The notes below the pieces were generated by a model. That model saw only the letters and a list, made by a program, of their open reading frames with translations, was not told the DNA's origin and ran no database searches. From positions 80,326-144,325 of the forward strand of contig JAZROZ010000027.1 of assembly GCA_045648985.1 (NCBI GenBank): 64,000 bases of DNA, given 5' to 3'. The translations under genes were made by a program, and so were the position numbers. Position 1 is the first letter of the stretch. Every line of letters begins with the position of its first letter. This document shows, one piece after another, positions 40,741 to 50,178 of the stretch. This DNA is from Clostridia bacterium (GTDB lineage: Bacteria; Bacillota; Clostridia; UBA1381; UBA9506).

Positions 40741-43704
40741 ATGAAAAATCTCAAAAAACTTATCTCGGTAGTTTTAAGCGTAGTTATGATTGCTAGCTTT
40801 TTAACAGTTGGCGTAAGCGCAGTAAGCTATCCGGACGTGGAAGAAACAGCAAAATACAGTGCAGCTGTTGAATTACTTTCAGCTCTTGACATCTTAAAAG
40901 GTGACGAGAACGGTAACTTCAACCCAGATGCAGAAATCAAAAGATCAGAATTTGCTGCAGTTATCTGCAGAGCTCTTGGTCAGGAAAATGCAGCTACAAG
41001 CACAGTAAGCTCATTTACAGACGTTGCTGCAGAGCACTGGGCAGTAGGTTACATCGGCTGGGCTGCTGGTAAAGGTATCGTTAACGGCTATGGCGACGGA
41101 ACATTTGGTCCTGACAAAGCTGTATCATACCAGGAAGCAGTTAAGATGGTTATGGCAGCTTTAGGTTACACAAAGCTTGCTGAAAAACAGGGTGGATATC
41201 CTTACGGTTATCTCTCACTCGCTGGTACATACGGTGTAACAGCTGGTTTATCAGCTAACCCGACAGATGCTGCTCCAAGATCACTTGTTGCACAGCTCGT
41301 TTACAATGCTTTAGAAGCTCCAATCGTTGAATTAGCTTACACAGCATATGGAGAACAGTATATTGTTTATAACGGTTCAAAAGCAGCTGATGGTGAAGAA
41401 AAAACAATCTTAAGCCAGTACTTAGACATCATCAAAGTTAGAGCTAAAGTTAAGAACAACTACATGACAGATACAAATCTTTGGAAGAAAAACGGCAGAC
41501 CTATGGTTGAGCTTGACCTCTTAAAGGTTTACAACGATTCTGATGCTGAGTATTATGAAGATGATCTCTATAGTGCACCAAATACACTTGCAGACATCAA
41601 AGTATACGAAGGCGAAACAAAGGCTGCTGACTATTTAGCACAGACAGTAGAAGCATACCTCTTCTTCAATGAAGACGAAAATCTTGAATTAAAAGCTGTT
41701 GTTTCAAGCGGCAAAGTAATGGATACATTAGAAGTATCAAAAGATATTGCTAAAGCTGAAGCTACTGCTTCACCTGCAGCAGTTGAATTTGAATATTGGG
41801 TAGACTTCGAAAACGATTCTGAACCTGAAGAAGTTGAAATTGCAACAGATGCTACAGTATATGTAAACGGCGAAAGCAAAGGTGTAATTATCAGTGGAGC
41901 AGGTAAAACAGCTTTTGAAGAATTAGAGGACACAGATTTCCCAGGAAAAGTTGAATTTGTTGGTACTAAAGGCGATGCTTTCTCAGATGTATTCATTACA
42001 AAATATGATTACGCACAGGTTGAAAGAGTTGACCTTGAGGACGAATATATCGTATTTGGTATAGGCGGCGGTATCGAACTCAGCAAAGAAGCAAGAAATG
42101 ATGATAACTTCGTTTATACAATCTACAAAAACGGCGAAGAAATTGCTCTTGAAGACATTGCTGAAGGCGACGTTCTTTCAATCGCAGAATCAACTAAATC
42201 AGTTGAAATCCTTGTTTCATCAGAAAAACTTACAGGTACAGTTACAGGCGCTAAATCAAATGCTGCTTCTAACCGTACATTCTACATTGACAAGGTTGAA
42301 TATGTTGCATGTGGAGCTAACATCTTAAGTGTTGGTGATGCTGGTACATTCTACCTCACAGCTGACGGCAAGGTTTACTCTGCAGAAGCTACATCAACTA
42401 TTTCTGACAACTATGGTTTCGTATTAAAGGTTGGTTCTACAGAAAGCTTTAATGAAAAAACATGGCAGATCAGACTCTTCACAAAAGAAGGAACAACAGA
42501 AACATACACAGTTGCTGACACAGTTAAGGTTTCAACATGGGCAACAGCAGCTCCAACTGGTGCACCTGCAAAATATATTGAAACATCATATAAGAGAGCA
42601 GATGGTTCTCAGGATACATTATTCACAAGCGGAGATTTAGCATTTACATATGCTGATGCATCTGAAACTAATGTATATAATAGTGTTGAAAAGAGACTTA
42701 TCACATATACTCTTGATGGAACAAACATCACAAAGATTACAATAGCTTCTAATGCATCAATTGCCACAGCTAACAAAGGCAAAGTATATGATGTTAAGGC
42801 ATTTGCTTCAGAAGAACCGAAGCCTGCAACAGATAAGTTCGCTGGTTATATTTACACAGATGCAACAAAACTCTTCTATGCTCCTATCGCAGCTGCAACA
42901 ATTGTTCCGACTGAAGGTACTGCATATCCGGGTTACACAATTGATGAAGACAAAGTTGCTCTCTTAAGCACATCTTCACTTGATGAAGAACAGGGTTATA
43001 ACGGTTACACATATGCTATGAATGCTGACAAAGAATTTGGCGCAGCTGTTATCACATCTAACCTTGGATTCGCTGGCAAAGGCTCAGCTCTTGCAGTTGT
43101 AATCAGCACAGCTGAAGGCTTAGATGCTAATGGCGAAAAAGCTACAACAATTACAGTATTAAGAGGCGGCAAAGTTGAAAGCTATGTAGTTAACGAAGAT
43201 GCTGATGAAGCAGGATTGCTTCTTCCAACTCCGTCTGTTAACGCAGGTGACATCATCCAGATTACACTTAATGGTGTAGATGAAGTTTCAGGCGCTAGAT
43301 TAGTATTTACAGCTAACAACGGTTATGATGGTACACTTGATGCTTATGCTTCAGGTAGCACAGGTGAAGTTCAGTTCGTATTCGGTATCGTTAAAGAGAT
43401 TGCTTCTAAGTACATCACTCTTGGTACAAATTCATCAACAGAAGACTTTGTTGTGAAATATGAAGAAGGCTGCACATTTGCTAAGGTTGATATGGCTAAG
43501 ATTTCAAGACCTGACAGTGCTATCACAAAGGCATCTTCAGTATCAAGCTTCAGAGCAACAAAAGATACATACACAGATGAGTATGTAATGGTTGCAAGAG
43601 TTGTTGACGAAGAAATCGTTGATATCGTTTCTTACGAAATCGTAGACGACAACAATGATGGTGTATTACTCAATGGTGGTTCATACGACATCACATTAGC
43701 ATAA
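40741..43704 (+). CDS. S-layer / cell-wall-anchored protein with signal peptide and three N-terminal SLH domains
   Basis: Signal peptide ..TVGVSA, then three SLH repeats (YPDV..IKRSEFAAVICRALG; FTDV..VSYQEAVKMVMAALGY; ..RSLVAQLVYNAL). Strong SD AAGGGAGGA, a consensus promoter and a strong terminator. Confidence 0.85.
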   Translation: MKNLKKLISVVLSVVMIASFLTVGVSAVSYPDVEETAKYSAAVELLSALDILKGDENGNFNPDAEIKRSEFAAVICRALGQENAATSTVSSFTDVAAEHWAVGYIGWAAGKGIVNGYGDGTFGPDKAVSYQEAVKMVMAALGYTKLAEKQGGYPYGYLSLAGTYGVTAGLSANPTDAAPRSLVAQLVYNALEAPIVELAYTAYGEQYIVYNGSKAADGEEKTILSQYLDIIKVRAKVKNNYMTDTNLWKKNGRPMVELDLLKVYNDSDAEYYEDDLYSAPNTLADIKVYEGETKAADYLAQTVEAYLFFNEDENLELKAVVSSGKVMDTLEVSKDIAKAEATASPAAVEFEYWVDFENDSEPEEVEIATDATVYVNGESKGVIISGAGKTAFEELEDTDFPGKVEFVGTKGDAFSDVFITKYDYAQVERVDLEDEYIVFGIGGGIELSKEARNDDNFVYTIYKNGEEIALEDIAEGDVLSIAESTKSVEILVSSEKLTGTVTGAKSNAASNRTFYIDKVEYVACGANILSVGDAGTFYLTADGKVYSAEATSTISDNYGFVLKVGSTESFNEKTWQIRLFTKEGTTETYTVADTVKVSTWATAAPTGAPAKYIETSYKRADGSQDTLFTSGDLAFTYADASETNVYNSVEKRLITYTLDGTNITKITIASNASIATANKGKVYDVKAFASEEPKPATDKFAGYIYTDATKLFYAPIAAATIVPTEGTAYPGYTIDEDKVALLSTSSLDEEQGYNGYTYAMNADKEFGAAVITSNLGFAGKGSALAVVISTAEGLDANGEKATTITVLRGGKVESYVVNEDADEAGLLLPTPSVNAGDIIQITLNGVDEVSGARLVFTANNGYDGTLDAYASGSTGEVQFVFGIVKEIASKYITLGTNSSTEDFVVKYEEGCTFAKVDMAKISRPDSAITKASSVSSFRATKDTYTDEYVMVARVVDEEIVDIVSYEIVDDNNDGVLLNGGSYDITLA

Positions 43705-43737
43705 TTTAATTTAAATTAAATAATTTGCTGAAACTAT

Positions 43738-43768
43738 GCGGCATGCCCAAAGCGGCATGCCGCTTTTT
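43738..43768 (+). terminator. Strong rho-independent terminator of the S-layer gene
   Basis: GCGGCATGCC caaagc GGCATGCCGC followed by TTTTT. Confidence 0.85.
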
Positions 43769-43925
43769 CAGTAATAGAGTAGTGGGCTAAATTATGGTTT
43801 ATCGGGGATGATTATATAACATATTTTGTAGGGCACGACCTATGTGTCGTGCCGAAAACGGAATAGTTACACGGAACGACACGCAGGTCGTTCCCTACGT
43901 TAAATCATAATTTAACTCATTACTG
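43769..43925. repeat. Nested inverted-repeat (MITE-like) element
   Basis: Outer IR CAGTAAT(A)GAGT..TAAATTATGRTTTA at both ends. Inner 27-nt arms 43828-43854 and 43872-43898 (23/27 complementary), and each arm is itself an 8-bp hairpin. Confidence 0.55.
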
Positions 43926-43947
43926 TAAATTTTCAGGGGGAGAAAAA

Positions 43948-44727
43948 TTGATTAAATTTCAATCTTTTCTAAGCGGCTCATCGGGAAATTCAACGTTTGT
44001 AACTGATGGCGAAAGTAAAATACTTGTTGATTGTGGTGCAAACGGCAAATATATTGAAGAGTGTCTTGAGCGGATTGATGTAGAGGCAAATGATATTAAC
44101 GCGATACTCATTTCCCATGCGCATCGTGACCACGTTTTTGGTGTTGGTGTTTTATCGCGCAGATTTGATATACCGATATATGCAAGTGAAGATACTTGGG
44201 ATGAAATGCTTTCAATTATAGGAAATATAAAAGAGAAGAATATTAAAATAATAAAATCTGATGAACAGTTGAAGCTTGGCAATATGACAATTAAGCCATT
44301 TTCTATTCCACATGATGCAAAAGGGGCATTAGCATATCGAATAGAGGGGATAGACTCAAAAATGGCTATAGCGACAGATATAGGGCATATTTCGGATGAG
44401 CTTTTTGAAAATCTATCGGGATGTGACTTTATTATAATTGAAGCCAATCACGATTTGGAAATGCTGAGAAACGGAAGATATCCATATTATCTGAAAAAAA
44501 GAATTATGTCAGATAAAGGGCATCTTTCAAATGAAGATAGTGCTAAATTATGTACAATGCTTGCTAAAGCCGGCACAAAATCGTTCTGGCTCGGGCATTT
44601 ATCAAATGAAAATAATACCCCACATATAGCATATAATGCAGTAAAAGATGCATTTGAAAGAGCAGGCATCAGCGTCGGCACAGACGTGTGCTTAAATGTA
44701 CTTCCGAGATTCTGGATTGAGAGCTGA
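43948..44727 (+). CDS. MBL-fold metallo-hydrolase (YycJ/WalJ-like)
   Basis: TTG start after GGGGGAG. SSGNSTFV..ILVDCG, HAHRDH motif, and located upstream of rlmH as in Bacillus yycJ. Confidence 0.8.
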   Translation: MIKFQSFLSGSSGNSTFVTDGESKILVDCGANGKYIEECLERIDVEANDINAILISHAHRDHVFGVGVLSRRFDIPIYASEDTWDEMLSIIGNIKEKNIKIIKSDEQLKLGNMTIKPFSIPHDAKGALAYRIEGIDSKMAIATDIGHISDELFENLSGCDFIIIEANHDLEMLRNGRYPYYLKKRIMSDKGHLSNEDSAKLCTMLAKAGTKSFWLGHLSNENNTPHIAYNAVKDAFERAGISVGTDVCLNVLPRFWIES

Positions 44728-44744
44728 CTATATAGTGTAAAAAG

Positions 44745-44782
44745 CCTTCTCCTAGAGGAGAAGGTGGGTTTGCAAAGCAAAC
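44745..44782 (+). terminator. Twin small hairpins after the MBL hydrolase gene (possible terminator or repeat remnant)
   Basis: CCTTCTCC taga GGAGAAGG then GTTTGC aaa GCAAAC. Confidence 0.4.
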
Positions 44783-44823
44783 TCAGATGAGGTGTAAATG
44801 AATAAAACAACAGAAGGTCAGAT

Positions 44824-45303
44824 ATGAATATAAACATAATTTGTATTGGGAAGTTAAAAGAAAAATATTTAAAAGATGCTGTAGCGGAATATTCAAAAAG
44901 GCTTTCAAGGTTTTGTAAGCTCAAGATTACAGAGCTTTCAGAAGCACCACTCTCTGAAAATTACTCAGACGGGGAAAAGGAAGTTGCTCTTTTTAAAGAG
45001 GCAGAAAGTATCCATCAGGCATTAAAAGGTGCTGATTGTATCATCAGTCTTTGCGTTGAGGGAAAGCAAAAATCGTCTGAGGATTTTGCAGATTTCATAG
45101 AAAATAATATGACAGGCGGAAAAAGTAATTTTGCCTTTATAATCGGCGGGTCAGTGGGTCTTGCTGAAAGCATTAAAAAAGCATCTCATTTAAGGCTTTC
45201 ATTTTCCGAAATGACCTTTCCGCATCAGCTTATGCGCGTGATTTTGCTTGAACAGATTTACAGAGCATTTAAGATAATATCAAATGAGAAATATCATAAA
45301 TAG
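44824..45303 (+). CDS. rlmH: 23S rRNA (pseudouridine1915-N3)-methyltransferase RlmH
   Basis: MNINIICIGKLKEKYL.., FIIGGSVGL.., HQLMRVILLEQIYRAF. 159 aa. Confidence 0.92.
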   Translation: MNINIICIGKLKEKYLKDAVAEYSKRLSRFCKLKITELSEAPLSENYSDGEKEVALFKEAESIHQALKGADCIISLCVEGKQKSSEDFADFIENNMTGGKSNFAFIIGGSVGLAESIKKASHLRLSFSEMTFPHQLMRVILLEQIYRAFKIISNEKYHK

Positions 45304-45349
45304 TTTTTTATAAAATAATATATATAAGAAAAGAAAGGAACGTGAAAAA

Positions 45350-46486
45350 GTGGAAGTCTTTTTAACAAACGTAAACACATTATTCGGTAACGTGCTCGGG
45401 ATTACATGGCAGAGTGTCGTAATGTGGATTATCGGAGGTGTGCTTATTTATCTTGCTATTAAAAAAGATATGGAGCCTACACTTCTTCTGCCAATGGGAT
45501 TTGGCGCAATTTTAGTAAACATACCTCTTTCGGGTGCTGTAACACAGGGTGCAGAAGAGGGTGTAATTGACATTTTATTTAATGCAGGTATTGCAAATGA
45601 GCTGTTCCCGCTCCTGCTTTTTATTGGAATAGGTGCTATGATTGATTTTGAACCGCTCCTTTCCAATCCTAAGATGCTCCTTTTCGGTGCAGCGGCACAG
45701 TTTGGTATCTTCTTTACATTCAGCATAGCTGCTTTGTTTGGATTTGATATAAAAGATGCTGCATCTATTGCAATCATTGGTGCAGCAGACGGCCCGACTT
45801 CAATCTTCGTGGCTAACTACTTAAAATCAAACTACATTGGCGCTATTGTTGTTGCGGCATATTCATATATGGCTCTTGTGCCGATTGTTCAGCCTGCGGT
45901 AATCAAGCTTATCACAACTAAAAAGGAACGTATGATAAGAATGGATTATACACCCGGAAAAGTTTCTAAAACAACAAAAATTCTGTTCCCGATTATAATA
46001 ACTGTTGTTGCAGGTGTTGTATCACCTAAGAGTGTTGCTTTAATCGGATTTTTGATGTTTGGTAATTTAATTCGTGAATGCGGAGTTTTAAATCTCCTTT
46101 CAGAAACTGCTCAAAAAGAGCTTGCAAACCTTGTAACAATACTTTTAGGTATCACTATTTCTACAAAAATGCAGGCAGCGTCATTCTTGCAGCTTGAAAC
46201 ATTGCTTATCATGGGACTAGGACTTGTTGCTTTCGTATTTGACACAGTCGGTGGTGTGTTCTTTGCAAAGTTTATAAATCTTTTCTCAAAGAAAAAAATC
46301 AATCCTATGGTTGGTGCGGCAGGTATTTCTGCATTCCCGATGTCTGCAAGAGTTATTCATAAAATGGGACAAAAAGAAGACAATCAGAACTTCCTTTTGA
46401 TGCATGCCGTTGGTGCAAACGTTTCAGGTCAAATTGCATCTGTTATTGCCGGCGGTCTTATCTTAAGCTTAGTTGCCGGAATGTAA
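45350..46486 (+). CDS. Sodium ion-translocating decarboxylase beta subunit (OadB/GcdB/MmdB family)
   Basis: GTG start. GGVLIYLAIKKDMEPTLLLPMGFGAILVN.., about 9 TM helices, 378 aa. Confidence 0.85.
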   Translation: MEVFLTNVNTLFGNVLGITWQSVVMWIIGGVLIYLAIKKDMEPTLLLPMGFGAILVNIPLSGAVTQGAEEGVIDILFNAGIANELFPLLLFIGIGAMIDFEPLLSNPKMLLFGAAAQFGIFFTFSIAALFGFDIKDAASIAIIGAADGPTSIFVANYLKSNYIGAIVVAAYSYMALVPIVQPAVIKLITTKKERMIRMDYTPGKVSKTTKILFPIIITVVAGVVSPKSVALIGFLMFGNLIRECGVLNLLSETAQKELANLVTILLGITISTKMQAASFLQLETLLIMGLGLVAFVFDTVGGVFFAKFINLFSKKKINPMVGAAGISAFPMSARVIHKMGQKEDNQNFLLMHAVGANVSGQIASVIAGGLILSLVAGM

Positions 46487-46501
46487 TAGGAGGTAAATTT
46501 T

Positions 46502-46624
46502 ATGATTAATATAAATGCTTTTTTAGAGACGCTTCCCGTAATGGCTTACGGAATGGGTGGTATATTTGTAGTAATCTTGGTAATTTTCTTAGTTATTAAG
46601 GGATTATGTAAATTCTGTAAATAG
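46502..46624 (+). CDS. OadG-like small membrane subunit (40 aa; below the ORF-track cutoff)
   Basis: ATG 7 nt after AGGAGG. MININAFLETLPVMAYGMGGIFVVILVIFLVIKGLCKFCK has the GMG.(V/I)F motif of OadG-type gamma subunits. Confidence 0.5.
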   Translation: MININAFLETLPVMAYGMGGIFVVILVIFLVIKGLCKFCK

Positions 46625-46630
46625 AAAAAA

Positions 46631-46672
46631 TAATTTAAAGGGCTTCACGAAATCGTGAAGCCCTTTAAATTA
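46631..46672. terminator. 20-bp perfect palindrome between convergent oadG-like and pth genes
   Basis: TAATTTAAAGGGCTTCACGA aa TCGTGAAGCCCTTTAAATTA. Confidence 0.75.
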
Positions 46673-46675
46673 TTT

Positions 46676-47251
46676 TTATGCTTTTCCACCGCCTGAATTA
46701 AACTTATTCATAGCGCTGTCTAAACCGTTTTTTATTATTTCAGGGACTGCCTTAGCTGCTGCTTCAACCGTTTTTGACATCACTTTAATATCGGCATCTG
46801 TAAACTTTGCCAAAACCCAGTCAGCAAGGTCGTAGTGTGGTGGTTTTGCACCTACACCGAGCTTAATACGCGGGAATGTATCGCTCTGCAGCTGATATAT
46901 AATAGATTTTATTCCGTTATGCCCGCCGTCAGAGCCTTTTTTTCTTATTCTCAGGCTTCCGGGCTCTAAGCTCACGTCATCATAGATTACAATCACGTTT
47001 TCGGGCGGTATTTTATAAAAGCTTGTGATTTCTCTTATGCTTTCACCTGACAGATTCACATATGTCTGCGGTTTAACCAAAATAACTCTTTCGCCCTCAA
47101 TGACACCCTCGCCGATTAAAGCCTTATACTTTATTTTATTAACATTTATTTTATACAGGCTGGACATATAATCAATCGTAATAAAGCCGATATTATGTCT
47201 TGTGTTCTCGTATTTTTTTCCGGGATTACCAATTCCCACAATTACATACAT
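46676..47251 (-). CDS. pth: Peptidyl-tRNA hydrolase
   Basis: VGIGNPGKKYENTRHNIGF, GGHNGIKS. Confidence 0.95.
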   Translation of the reverse strand: MYVIVGIGNPGKKYENTRHNIGFITIDYMSSLYKINVNKIKYKALIGEGVIEGERVILVKPQTYVNLSGESIREITSFYKIPPENVIVIYDDVSLEPGSLRIRKKGSDGGHNGIKSIIYQLQSDTFPRIKLGVGAKPPHYDLADWVLAKFTDADIKVMSKTVEAAAKAVPEIIKNGLDSAMNKFNSGGGKA

Positions 47252-47261
47252 TTACTTTTAC

Positions 47262-47912
47262 CTATCCTTTCACACGTGTCAGAGCCATACCGTCACCTAT
47301 AGGGATAATGGCTGTATCTAAGTTTTCAGTGTTTGAGAGCATTTTAAGAAAATCACGCATTTTATGCGTTATTGTTCTATGTTTTTTTGATGAAAGCTCA
47401 TCACTTGCAATCATTCCGCCATAAAGCACATTATCAGTTATGATAAGTCCGCCTTTTTTTATCTTAGAAAGGCATTTATCGAAGAAAACACCACTTTGGC
47501 CTTTAGCGGCATCTATAAAAATCATATCAAAAGTGCCTGAAATTTTATCAAGCTCTTCTTCTGCATCACCAAAAACAGTTTTAATATTTTCTTTAGCGCC
47601 ATATTTTTTTATATTGATACGCGCGTTTAAAAACATTTCTTCATCACGTTCTATTGTCGTGATGTGAGCCTTTTTGTCCGATGCATCATACATAAGCATA
47701 GCAGAGTAGCCGATTGCCGTGCCGATTTCCAAAATGCGTTCTGCGCCTATAGTAGCTACCATAAAGCCGAGAAACCGTCCTGCTTCTTTTTGAATGACGG
47801 GAATGTGGTTTTCCCTTGCGTATATGTAAAGCTCTTCTAAATACTCGGATTCTGCTTTTACAGTATTTTTTAAATATTCAGATATATAGTCATAAGTTAT
47901 ATAATTATCCAT
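47262..47912 (-). CDS. Class I SAM-dependent O-methyltransferase (family 3; YrrM/TrmR-like)
   Basis: ATG 47912 follows AAGGAGAT, one nt after the recD2 stop. ILEIGTAIGYS SAM motif and FIDAAK. Confidence 0.8.
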   Translation of the reverse strand: MDNYITYDYISEYLKNTVKAESEYLEELYIYARENHIPVIQKEAGRFLGFMVATIGAERILEIGTAIGYSAMLMYDASDKKAHITTIERDEEMFLNARINIKKYGAKENIKTVFGDAEEELDKISGTFDMIFIDAAKGQSGVFFDKCLSKIKKGGLIITDNVLYGGMIASDELSSKKHRTITHKMRDFLKMLSNTENLDTAIIPIGDGMALTRVKG

Positions 47913-47913
47913 A

Positions 47914-50133
47914 TTATATCTCCTTGGAAGCGCCGTTTCTAAGCCACGTGCAAAGTGAAGAATATCTGTATTCTTCAAAGTCATTATCAACCATTTTCTG
48001 TGCGGCAGTTCTGTTTCCAACAAGCACTACGCATTTAGTAGCACGTGTGATTGCAGTATAGAAAAGGTTTCTGCTCATAAGCCTGGGTGCACCTGAAAAC
48101 ACAGGCATTACAATAACGGGGAATTCGCTGCCCTGACTTTTATGTACGGTTATGGCATAGGCAAGCTCAAGCTCGTCTAACATATTATTGGGATAATAAA
48201 CGTCCTTATCATCGTCAAACGTGACGGATATTCCGTCATCATCAATGGATTTTATAAAGCCAAGGTCGCCGTTAAAGACTCCGCTTCCCTCTAAAATTCC
48301 GTCTGTTTTTTTCCACAAAAGGTCATAGTTATTTTTAATCTGCATAACCTTGTCGCCCTCACGTAAAATTCGCGTCGGGAACTGCTTTTCGCTCTTTTTG
48401 CCATTTGGTGCATTTAAGGCATATTGCAGAATTTTGTTAAGGTTAATAACACCTGCAACCGTTTTTTTCATCGGCGACAAGACCTGAATATCTGTAAGCG
48501 GATTATAGCTATACGCTTTGGGAAGACGGATCGCCACAAGCTCTTTTACTTTTTCTGCAATATTTTCTCCGCCTTGTGCATCAATAAAAAAGAAATCCTT
48601 GTCCTTTAGGTTATATTCAGGATATTCACCATTATTTATTTTATGGGCATTAACAACTATCATACTTTGTTCAGCCTGACGAAAGACTGTGCTGAGCTTA
48701 ATAACGTTTACAGTTTCCGACTCAATTATATCTTTTAAAACATTACCTGCGCCAACTGACGGCAACTGGTCACAGTCGCCTACTAAAATCAGTTTTGTGC
48801 CCGGTTTTAGAGCATCAACTAAGGCTGACATCAAAAGAGTATCTATCATACTGACTTCGTCTGCTATGACAACGTCATAATCAATCGGAAAATCGCTTCC
48901 GCGCACAAATTCGCGGATTAAATCGTCATCTGAGTAGCCGATTTCTAAAAGTCTGTGTATAGTTTTTGCTTCCATTCCCGTGACGGCAGACATTCGTTTA
49001 GCAGCACGTCCTGTCGGTGCGGTGAGCGCAATTTTTTTGCCCATTTCCTTAAATATTTCAATTATAAAGTGTATTGTTGTGGTTTTTCCTGTTCCGGGTC
49101 CGCCTGTAATTACAGTAACACCTGATGAAACTGCTGCTAAGACGGCATTTTTTTGAGCCTCTGCAAGCTTTATGCCCATTTCCTGCTCAATTTTTTTGAT
49201 GTCTTTTTTAGCTTTTTCAAAGCTATGTTCGGGCATCTTTGAAAGAAAAAGCAGTTTTTGAGCTAAGAGTCGCTCACTATTATAGAATTCCTGCAGGAAG
49301 ATTCCTTCTTCTCCCTGAATATCCTCAGAAAAAAGCTCGTGGTCAATCAAAAGAGAAACAAGTGCATTTTCTGCCGCTAAATCGCTTATACCAAGCATTT
49401 TAACGGTGAGCTTAATCAAAAGCTCACGGGGGAGATATGTATGTCCACCTGAAAAAGCAGAGTAGAGCAGGACGTATTTTATGCCCGATTTTACTCTGTG
49501 CTCGTTTTCGCTCGATATTCCCATACTTTCTGCTACTGAATCAGCAGTTTTAAAGCTTATTCCGCGAACATAGTCACACAATAGGTATGGGTTTTCCTTT
49601 ATCATTTCCAAGGCGTCATCGCCGAATCTGTCATATATTTTAACGGCAAAGCTTGAAGAAATGCCGAACTTGTGCAAAAATAAAATAAGACCCTCTTTTG
49701 AGCGGATATCGTTATAAGCCTCGCCAATCTGCAATGCTTTTTTAAGACTTATTCCGCTGATTTCAGCTAAACGTTCGGGACACTCGGCTATTATCAAAAG
49801 AGTTTCATCTCCAAAATAATTAACGATTTTTCTTGCTGTTACCTCACGTATGCCACGCACTATGCCTGATGAAAGGTATGTGAGGATTTCGCCCGTTGTA
49901 GAAGGTTTTAATTTTTCAAAGGAACTGACTTTAAACTGCTCTCCGTAATCGTGGTGAGTTGTCCACACACCCTCGATACGCAAAAATTCGCCTGCTTTGA
50001 TATAGGGAACATTTCCCGTGCACGTGAAAAGACCGTCAGAATCACTGTAGAACTCGAATACGGCATAGGCATTTGATTCATTAAAAAAAATCACATCACT
50101 GACCGAGCCTTCATATGTGCGTATTTCGTTCAA
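47914..50133 (-). CDS. recD2: ATP-dependent RecD-like DNA helicase (RecD2)
   Basis: Walker A GGPGTGKTT, ADEVSMID, LVGDCDQLPSVGAGNV, C-terminal AITVHKSQGSEFP. 739 aa. Confidence 0.87.
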   Translation of the reverse strand: MNEIRTYEGSVSDVIFFNESNAYAVFEFYSDSDGLFTCTGNVPYIKAGEFLRIEGVWTTHHDYGEQFKVSSFEKLKPSTTGEILTYLSSGIVRGIREVTARKIVNYFGDETLLIIAECPERLAEISGISLKKALQIGEAYNDIRSKEGLILFLHKFGISSSFAVKIYDRFGDDALEMIKENPYLLCDYVRGISFKTADSVAESMGISSENEHRVKSGIKYVLLYSAFSGGHTYLPRELLIKLTVKMLGISDLAAENALVSLLIDHELFSEDIQGEEGIFLQEFYNSERLLAQKLLFLSKMPEHSFEKAKKDIKKIEQEMGIKLAEAQKNAVLAAVSSGVTVITGGPGTGKTTTIHFIIEIFKEMGKKIALTAPTGRAAKRMSAVTGMEAKTIHRLLEIGYSDDDLIREFVRGSDFPIDYDVVIADEVSMIDTLLMSALVDALKPGTKLILVGDCDQLPSVGAGNVLKDIIESETVNVIKLSTVFRQAEQSMIVVNAHKINNGEYPEYNLKDKDFFFIDAQGGENIAEKVKELVAIRLPKAYSYNPLTDIQVLSPMKKTVAGVINLNKILQYALNAPNGKKSEKQFPTRILREGDKVMQIKNNYDLLWKKTDGILEGSGVFNGDLGFIKSIDDDGISVTFDDDKDVYYPNNMLDELELAYAITVHKSQGSEFPVIVMPVFSGAPRLMSRNLFYTAITRATKCVVLVGNRTAAQKMVDNDFEEYRYSSLCTWLRNGASKEI

Positions 50134-50178
50134 GATTCTGCCCTCCTGTAAAGAATTAAAATAAAAATCTGCTTTATG

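Noticed and set aside
40548-40754. A 68-aa ORF on the - strand upstream of the S-layer gene.
   Set aside because: It overlaps the consensus promoter, leader and SD of the S-layer gene on the opposite strand and has no SD of its own.
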